This document shows, in pieces, positions 59,701 through 64,000 of a DNA stretch of 64,000 nucleotides. The stretch spans positions 4,864,001-4,928,000 of the forward strand of contig OZ245033.1 of NCBI GenBank assembly GCA_965224025.1, in the 5' to 3' direction. The stretch comes from Candidatus Multivorans sp. (lineage in GTDB: Bacteria > Acidobacteriota > Thermoanaerobaculia > Multivoradales > Multivoraceae). A model generated the notes under the pieces. That model was not told where the DNA came from, made no database searches, and worked only from the letters and a program-made list of their open reading frames with translations. A program made the position numbers and the translations under genes. Position 1 is the first letter of the stretch; every line of letters starts with the position of its first letter.

Positions 59701-62700
59701 GTGAAGCCCGCCGCGGAACCCTCGGAGACGGTCGCCGAGTCCGCCGTCACGGACGCCGTCAGCGTCTCGTCGTCAACAATCGTCGCCGTCGCCGTCGCGA
59801 CGCCCACGGTCACCCCGTCCGGCAGGGTCGCGCCCGTGATCGTCACCGTGAAGGTCTCCTCCGCCTCCGCCAGATCGTCCTCCACCGTCGACACCGTCAG
59901 CGTCCCCGTCGTCTCGCCCGCCGAGATGGTGAGCGTCCCGGCCGTCACCGCCGTGAAGTCCGTACCCGAGGTCGCCGTGCCCGCCGCGGTGCTCCAGCCC
60001 AGCACCGTGTCCGCCGCCGCGGCGCCCGACAGCTCGACCGCGAACTGGACGTCCTCGCCTTCCCCGGCGGTCGAGCCGGCGATCGACACCGTCTCCATGC
60101 CGCCGTCGGTGATCGTCGTCGTGGCCGCCGCGGCGTCGCGCTCGGCCGTACCCGCGGCCGTGCTCGCCCCGGTCAGCGTCACGATCAGGGTCTCTCCCGG
60201 GTCCAGCACGCCGTCCGAGGTCGTCTGGATCTCGATCGTCCCGCTCGATTGGCCCGCCGCGATCGTCAGAGAGCCGACCGGCGCGGTGTAGTCCGCGCCC
60301 GGGGTCGCCGTGCCGCCGACGGCGTAGCCGACCACCACGTCCGCCGTGCTCTCGCCGCCCGTCAACTCCACCGTGAAGCCCGCCGCGGAACCCTCGGAGA
60401 CGGTCGCCGAGTCCGCCGTCACGGACGCCGTCAGCGTCTCGTCGTCAACAATCGTCGCCGTCGCCGTCGCGACGCCCACGGTCACCCCGTCCGGCAGGGT
60501 CGCGCCCGTGATCGTCACCGTGAAGGTCTCCTCCGCCTCCGCCAGATCGTCCTCCACCGTCGACACCGTCAGCGTCCCCGTCGTCTCGCCCGCCGAGATG
60601 GTGAGCGTCCCGGCCGTCACCGCCGTGAAGTCCGTACCCGAGGTCGCCGTGCCCGCCGCGGTGCTCCAGCCCAGCACCGTGTCCGCCGCCGCGGCGCCCG
60701 ACAGCTCGACCGCGAACTGGACGTCCTCGCCTTCCCCGGCGGTCGAGCCGGCGATCGACACCGTCTCCATGCCGCCGTCGGTGATCGTCGTCGTGGCCGC
60801 CGCGGCGTCGCGCTCGGCCGTACCCGCGGCCGTGCTCGCCCCGGTCAGCGTCACGATCAGGGTCTCCCCCGGGTCCAGCACGCCGTCCGAGGTCGTCTGG
60901 ATCTCGATCGTCCCGCTCGATTGGCCCGCCGCGATCGTCAGAGAGCCGACCGGCGCGGTGTAGTCCGCGCCCGGGGTCGCCGTGCCGCCGACGGCGTAGC
61001 CGACCACCACGTCCGCCGTGCTCTCGCCGCCCGTCAACTCCACCGTGAAGCCCGCCGCGGAACCCTCGGAGACGGTCGCCGAGTCCGCCGTCACGGACGC
61101 CGTCAGCGTCTCGTCGTCAACAATCGTCGCCGTCGCCGTCGCGACGCCCACGGTCACCCCGTCCGGCAGGGTCGCGCCCGTGATCGTCACCGTGAAGGTC
61201 TCCTCCGCCTCCGCCAGATCGTCCTCCACCGTCGACACCGTCAGCGTCCCCGTCGTCTCGCCCGCCGAGATGGTGAGCGTCCCGGCCGTCACCGCCGTGA
61301 AGTCCGTACCCGAGGTCGCCGTGCCCGCCGCGGTGCTCCAGCCCAGCACCGTGTCCGCCGCCGCGGCGCCCGACAGCTCGACCGCGAACGACAGCTCCCC
61401 GCCTTCCTCCGCGCTCGCCGCCGCGACCGACACCGTCTCCGTCCCCGAGTCCGTGATCGTCGTCGTCGCCGCCGCGGCGTCGCGCTCGGCCGTACCCGCG
61501 GCCGTGCTCGCCCCGGTCAGCGTCACGATCAGGGTCTCCCCCGGGTCCAGCACGCCGTCCGAGGTCGTCTGGATCTCGATCGTCCCGCTCGATTGGCCCG
61601 CCGCGATCGTCAGAGAGCCGACCGGCGCGGTGTAGTCCGCGCCCGGGGTCGCCGTGCCGCCGACGGCGTAGCCGACCACCACGTCCGCCGTGCTCTCGCC
61701 GCCCGTCAACTCCACCGTGAAGCCCGCCGCGGAACCCTCGGAGACGGTCGCCGAGTCCGCCGTCACGGACGCCGTCAGCGTCTCGTCGTCAACAATCGTC
61801 GCCGTCGCCGTCGCGACGCCCACGGTCACCCCGTCCGGCAGGGTCGCGCCCGTGATCGTCACCGTGAAGGTCTCCTCCGCCTCCGCCAGATCGTCCTCCA
61901 CCGTCGACACCGTCAGCGTCCCGGTGGGCTGGCCCGCCGAGATGGTGAGCGTCCCGGCCGTCACCGCCGTGAAGTCCGTACCCGAGGTCGCCGTGCCCGC
62001 CGCGGTGCTCCAGCCCAGCACCGTGTCCGACCCCGCCGCCCCCGTCAGCTCGACCGCGAACGACAGCTCCCCGCCTTCCTCCGCGCTCGCCGCCGCGACC
62101 GACACCGTCTCCGTCCCCGAGTCCGTGATCGTCGTCGTCGCCGCCGCGGCGTCGCGCTCGGCCGTACCCGCGGCCGTGCTCGCCCCGGTCAGCGTCACGA
62201 TCAGGGTCTCTCCCGGGTCCAGCACGCCGTCCGAGGTCGTCTGGATCTCGATCGTCCCGCTCGATTGGCCCGCCGCGATCGTCAGAGAGCCGACCGGCGC
62301 GGTGTAGTCCGCGCCCGGGGTCGCCGTGCCGCCGACGGCGTAGCCGACCACCACGTCCGCCGTGCTCTCGCCGCCCGTCAACTCCACCGTGAAGCCCGCC
62401 GCGGAACCCTCGGAGACGGTCGCCGAGTCCGCCGTCACGGACGCCGTCAGCGTCTCGTCGTCAACAATCGTCGCCGTCGCCGTCGCGACGCCCACGGTCA
62501 CCCCGTCCGGCAGGGTCGCGCCCGTGATCGTCACCGTGAAGGTCTCCTCCGCCTCCGCCAGATCGTCCTCCACCGTCGACACCGTCAGCGTCCCCGTCGT
62601 CTCGCCCGCCGAGATGGTGAGCGTCCCGGCCGTCACCGCCGTGAAGTCCGTACCCGAGGTCGCCGTGCCCGCCGCCGTCGTCCAGCCCAGCACCGTGTCC

Positions 62701-64000
62701 GACCCCGCCGCCCCCGTCAGCTCGACCGCGAACTGGACGTCCTCGCCTTCCCCGGCGGTCGAGCCGGCGATCGACACCGTCTCCATGCCGCCGTCGGTGA
62801 TCGTCGTCGTGGCCGCCGCGGCGTCGCGCTCGGCCGTACCCGCGGCCGTGCTCGCCCCGGTCAGCGTCACGATCAGGGTCTCTCCCGGGTCCAGCACGCC
62901 GTCCGAGGTCGTCTGGATCGCGATCGTCCCGCTCGATTGGCCCGCCGCGATCGTCAGAGAGCCGACCGGCGCGGTGTAGTCCGCGCCCGGGGTCGCCGTG
63001 CCGCCGACGGCGTAGCCGACCACCACGTCCGCCGTGCTCTCGCCGCCCGTCAACTCCACCGTGAAGCCCGCCGCGGAACCCTCGGAGACGGTCGCCGAGT
63101 CCGCCGTCACGGACGCCGTCAGCGTCTCGTCGTCAACAATCGTCGCCGTCGCCGTCGCGACGCCCACGGTCACCCCGTCCGGCAGGGTCGCGCCCGTGAT
63201 CGTCACCGTGAAGGTCTCCTCCGCCTCCGCCAGATCGTCCTCCACCGTCGACACCGTCAGCGTCCCGGTGGGCTGGCCCGCCGAGATGGTGAGCGTCCCG
63301 GCCGTCACCGCCGTGAAGTCCGTACCCGAGGTCGCCGTGCCCGCCGCGGTGCTCCAGCCCAGCACCGTGTCCGCCGCCGCGGCGCCCGACAGCTCGACCG
63401 CGAACTGGACGTCCTCGCCTTCCCCGGCGGTCGAGCCGGCGATCGACACCGTCTCCATGCCGCCGTCGGTGATCGTCGTCGTCGCCGCCGCGGCGTCGCG
63501 CTCGGCCGTACCCGCGGCCGTGCTCGCCCCGGTCAGGGTCACGATCAGGGTCTCCCCCGGGTCCAGCACGCCGTCCGAGGTCGTCTGGATCGCGATCGTC
63601 CCGCTCGATTGGCCCGCCGCGATCGTCAGAGAGCCGACCGGCGCGGTGTAGTCCGCGCCCGGGGTCGCCGTGCCGCCGACGGCGTAGCCGACCACCACGT
63701 CCGCCGTGCTCTCGCCGCCCGTCAACTCCACCGTGAAGCCCGCCGCGGAACCCTCGGAGACGGTCGCCGAGTCCGCCGTCACGGACGCCGTCAGCGTCTC
63801 GTCGTCAACAATCGTCGCCGTCGCCGTCGCGACGCCCACGGTCACCCCGTCCGGCAGGGTCGCGCCCGTGATCGTCACCGTGAAGGTCTCCTCCGCCTCC
63901 GCCAGATCGTCCTCCACCGTCGACACCGTCAGCGTCCCCGTCGTCTCGCCCGCCGAGATGGTGAGCGTCCCGGCCGTCACCGCCGTGAAGTCCGTACCCG
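50727..64000 (-). CDS. Giant surface adhesin (5' end outside window): Calx-beta repeats, PE linker, Ig-like domains, cadherin, autotransporter-like beta-barrel, C-terminal SPOR-like domain
   Basis: >4417-aa open frame. Calx-beta motifs ([47 protein letters not shown]), three FSEPV.GF Ig-like domains, cadherin (NEAPRF..ENV..A.DP..DYE), barrel (WGRGD..YLGVD..GLALS..LLPY..GVELG), [12 protein letters not shown]-like tail. Confidence 0.9.
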   Translation of the reverse strand, partial: GTDFTAVTAGTLTISAGETTGTLTVSTVEDDLAEAEETFTVTITGATLPDGVTVGVATATATIVDDETLTASVTADSATVSEGSAAGFTVELTGGESTADVVVGYAVGGTATPGADYTAPVGSLTIAAGQSSGTIAIQTTSDGVLDPGETLIVTLTGASTAAGTAERDAAAATTTITDGGMETVSIAGSTAGEGEDVQFAVELSGAAAADTVLGWSTAAGTATSGTDFTAVTAGTLTISAGQPTGTLTVSTVEDDLAEAEETFTVTITGATLPDGVTVGVATATATIVDDETLTASVTADSATVSEGSAAGFTVELTGGESTADVVVGYAVGGTATPGADYTAPVGSLTIAAGQSSGTIAIQTTSDGVLDPGETLIVTLTGASTAAGTAERDAAAATTTITDGGMETVSIAGSTAGEGEDVQFAVELTGAAGSDTVLGWTTAAGTATSGTDFTAVTAGTLTISAGETTGTLTVSTVEDDLAEAEETFTVTITGATLPDGVTVGVATATATIVDDETLTASVTADSATVSEGSAAGFTVELTGGESTADVVVGYAVGGTATPGADYTAPVGSLTIAAGQSSGTIEIQTTSDGVLDPGETLIVTLTGASTAAGTAERDAAAATTTITDSGTETVSVAAASAEEGGELSFAVELTGAAGSDTVLGWSTAAGTATSGTDFTAVTAGTLTISAGQPTGTLTVSTVEDDLAEAEETFTVTITGATLPDGVTVGVATATATIVDDETLTASVTADSATVSEGSAAGFTVELTGGESTADVVVGYAVGGTATPGADYTAPVGSLTIAAGQSSGTIEIQTTSDGVLDPGETLIVTLTGASTAAGTAERDAAAATTTITDSGTETVSVAAASAEEGGELSFAVELSGAAAADTVLGWSTAAGTATSGTDFTAVTAGTLTISAGETTGTLTVSTVEDDLAEAEETFTVTITGATLPDGVTVGVATATATIVDDETLTASVTADSATVSEGSAAGFTVELTGGESTADVVVGYAVGGTATPGADYTAPVGSLTIAAGQSSGTIEIQTTSDGVLDPGETLIVTLTGASTAAGTAERDAAAATTTITDGGMETVSIAGSTAGEGEDVQFAVELSGAAAADTVLGWSTAAGTATSGTDFTAVTAGTLTISAGETTGTLTVSTVEDDLAEAEETFTVTITGATLPDGVTVGVATATATIVDDETLTASVTADSATVSEGSAAGFTVELTGGESTADVVVGYAVGGTATPGADYTAPVGSLTIAAGQSSGTIEIQTTSDGVLDPGETLIVTLTGASTAAGTAERDAAAATTTITDGGMETVSIAGSTAGEGEDVQFAVELSGAAAADTVLGWSTAAGTATSGTDFTAVTAGTLTISAGETTGTLTVSTVEDDLAEAEETFTVTITGATLPDGVTVGVATATATIVDDETLTASVTADSATVSEGSAAGFTVELTGGESTADVVVGYAVGGTATPGADYTAPVGSLTIAAGQSSGTIAIQTTSDGVLDPGETLIVTLTGASTAAGTAERDAAAATTTITDGGMETVSIAGSTAGEGEDVQFAVELSGAAAADTVLGWSTAAGTATSGTDFTAVTAGTLTISAGETTGTLTVSTVEDDLAEAEETFTVTITGATLPDGVTVGVATATATIVDDETLTASVTADSATVSEGSAAGFTVELTGGESTADVVVGYAVGGTATPGADYTAPVGSLTIAAGQSSGTIAIQTTSDGVLDPGETLIVTLTGASTAAGTAERDAAAATTTITDGGMETVSIAGSTAGEGEDVQFAVELSGAAAADTVLGWSTAAGTATSGTDFTAVTAGTLTISAGETTGTLTVSTVEDDLAEAEETFTVTITGATLPDGVTVGVATATATIVDDETLTASVTADSATVSEGSAAGFTVELTGGESTADVVVGYAVGGTATPGADYTAPVGSLTIAAGQSSGTIEIQTTSDGVLDPGETLIVTLTGASTAAGTAERDAAAATTTITDGGMETVSIAGSTAGEGEDVQFAVELSGAAAADTVLGWSTAAGTATSGTDFTAVTAGTLTISAGETTGTLTVSTVEDDLAEAEETFTVTITGATLPDGVTVGVATATATIVDDETLTASVTADSATVSEGSAAGFTVELTGGESTADVVVGYAVGGTATPGADYTAPVGSLTIAAGQSSGTIEIQTTSDGVLDPGETLIVTLTGASTAAGTAERDAAAATTTITDSGTETVSVAAASAEEGGELSFAVELTGAAGSDTVLGWTTAAGTATSGTDFTAVTAGTLTISAGETTGTLTVSTVEDDLAEAEETFTVTITGATLPDGVTVGVATATATIVDDETLTASVTADSATVSEGSAAGFTVELTGGESTADVVVGYAVGGTATPGADYTAPVGSLTIAAGQSSGTIAIQTTSDGVLDPGETLIVTLTGASTAAGTAERDAAAATTTITDSGTETVSVAAASAEEGGELSFAVELSGAAAADTVLGWSTAAGTATSGTDFTAVTAGTLTISAGQPTGTLTVSTVEDDLAEAEETFTVTITGATLPDGVTVGVATATATIVDDETLTASVTADSATVSEGSAAGFTVELTGGESTADVVVGYAVGGTATPGADYTAPVGSLTIAAGQSSGTIEIQTTSDGVLDPGETLIVTLTGASTAAGTAERDAAAATTTITDGGMETVSIAGSTAGEGEDVQFAVELSGAAAADTVLGWSTAAGTATSGTDFTAVTAGTLTISAGETTGTLTVSTVEDDLAEAEETFTVTITGATLPDGVTVGVATATATIVDDETLTASVTADSATVSEGSAAGFTVELTGGESTADVVVGYAVGGTATPGADYTAPVGSLTIAAGQSSGTIEIQTTSDGVLDPGETLIVTLTGASTAAGTAERDAAAATTTITDGGMETVSIAGSTAGEGEDVQFAVELSGAAAADTVLGWSTAAGTATSGTDFTAVTAGTLTISAGETTGTLTVSTVEDDLAEAEETFTVTITGATLPDGVTVGVATATATIVDDETLTASVTADSATVSEGSAAGFTVELTGGESTADVVVGYAVGGTATPGADYTAPVGSLTIAAGQSSGTIAIQTTSDGVLDPGETLIVTLTGASTAAGTAERDAAAATTTITDGGTGGDPEPEPEPEPEPEPEPEPEPEPEPEPEPEPEPEPEPEPEPEPEPILTVSPTRISETGSTSARVWVEMATEGVFVTEETVTLVFEGSARRGVDYAFSGDAIVIPAGALSGATEVIISAVDDERVEGIETIVVTATVRGFEFGREEITVDDNDDGPNVVVASGAEPPVTGAFEVAIAFSEPVSGFGIDGVEVSGGAASDLAGGGTDYTARIIPLSGVAGEVSVQVLAAAARDASDGWNVASNRFVIAADLVVPTVELSVDAGQPMNDSFSVSITFSEPVVGFGLASLQVTNAEASDLAGSGAEYTVTITPFPGHEGAVSVQVIAEMATDLAGNGNVESPPVTAMVDMAAPAVAVATAALLPVNGAFEVSITFSEPVSGFDLSGIEVRNGEPSGLSGLDADYTAVITPLRDLRGKVSVQVLGGAAFDAAGNASLRSPPFTIAAYLNEAPRFDREEYAFDLPENVSGPLRLGVVSAVDPNRQDRVVYSLLESEGKLFAIEDGGALSYEGAGEDYESAPPRYEFTIRADDGAGLAVTAVVVVTVLNEDEAGSVELSSLSAEVGGDLTATLSDPDGSVAQEFWQWQRSAGANWENIGAAASPGYVPVAADVGRRLRATVSYVDAQGPGKQARSVPTEPVAIPPEERAEAVEFALAGLGRMLASNAVDAIGSRFETGGFGGQSRATVYGYRLPLGSRAGRGAAGRRLPGFGGLGGLSAFGPASALGFGGSGALGGPFGAGVWSGAGSPAYGPGGSAGPGSGTSIGMMSGLPGGGFAAGPGTSSSGFGGSPSGGFGSRMYGERLSPFWDLVSRSSFDVYFGGDRREGSESGAVQRPWTFWGRGDQGSFRGRTYETDGRASSVYLGVDRRRGGTVFGLALSRSHGDVEYRGELSGAGVVEADLVTLLPYAHWSLRRGLSAWALLGAGVGEMHLSDAQDEDLRADLTRELVAGGMRRELRAGSVYGLALKGDVFGTRLKTAGAEGLAAVSADAYRARVLVEGSADWSLSEHGRLSPLIEVGGRLDGGASATGLGVELGARVRYSNSASGVEVEGRGRYLASHEEQGFAAWGAGLTVRLGAGENGLGLGVALTPSWGVVSAAGSALWQSDQTLGPLPGAGYGGSRDRDVGQAAWVPERSDLRLHYGLESWSGVLAPFAVVGLEGTKPIRSQVGLRFELERSLRLEVVAERFERTAGPPEHGARFGLVYIAAAPREASRTLHALKPEYSSPDRERKESILATTNSTHRTGGERRYIVQFGAFPTVADAVRIRVRLAVDLSDLVREEQLKFAFDASQSDGLIRVLLADAFLDRHVAAALCAKVAARGKDCDVRRSDPKREE
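54582..54710 (-). repeat. Hexanucleotide repeat encoding a P(EP)21 linker
   Basis: 129 bp of (gg[gc/t]tcg)-type units with synonymous variation. Confidence 0.95.
54725..64000 (-). repeat. Tandem 672-bp repeats (~13.8 copies in window), each 224 aa and two Calx-beta domains
   Basis: Antisense ORFs recur at exact 672-bp spacing (54970, 55642 ... 63034); units differ only at a few dimorphic blocks. Confidence 0.97.

Noticed and set aside
54970-63651. Thirteen 205-aa plus-strand ORFs at 672-bp spacing
   Set aside because: They are antisense shadows of the Calx-beta repeats, not separate genes.
54725-64000. Possible CRISPR array or DGR template/variable repeats
   Set aside because: Units are 672 bp, coding and in frame, with no unique spacers. 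No cas or reverse transcriptase gene is present, and the variation is block-dimorphic rather than adenine-specific.

Overview
GC-rich bacterial chromosome window with about 35 intact genes. The gene repertoire is suggestive of a host-associated, possibly sponge-symbiont, Acidobacteriota (inference). Main elements: (i) a stand-alone rpsD lacking the zinc-ribbon cysteines; (ii) a 1,834-aa fusion of an AAA_14/DUF4143 ATPase-nuclease to a NACHT/STAND NTPase with a C-terminal PD-(D/E)XK nuclease, sitting with a Uma2 relic between alkA and ogt, a candidate defence gene; (iii) an sqdB plus glycosyltransferase/deacetylase/GNAT locus; (iv) a TonB-dependent receptor-sulfatase-TetR-FGE locus; (v) an MBL-YbbA-YbbP-MFS operon plus a second, diverged copy reduced by multiple deletions, inside a ~7 kb tract of chimeric pseudogenes (43.7-50.7 kb), with similar gene relics elsewhere in the window; (vi) a >4,400-aa autotransporter-like adhesin with ~14 near-identical, mosaic 672-bp Calx-beta doublet repeats, a P(EP)21 linker and a SPOR-like domain after the beta-barrel. 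REP-like palindromes occur between genes. I saw no rRNA, tRNA, CRISPR array, integrase or transposase. All family calls are by motif recognition; no searches were run.
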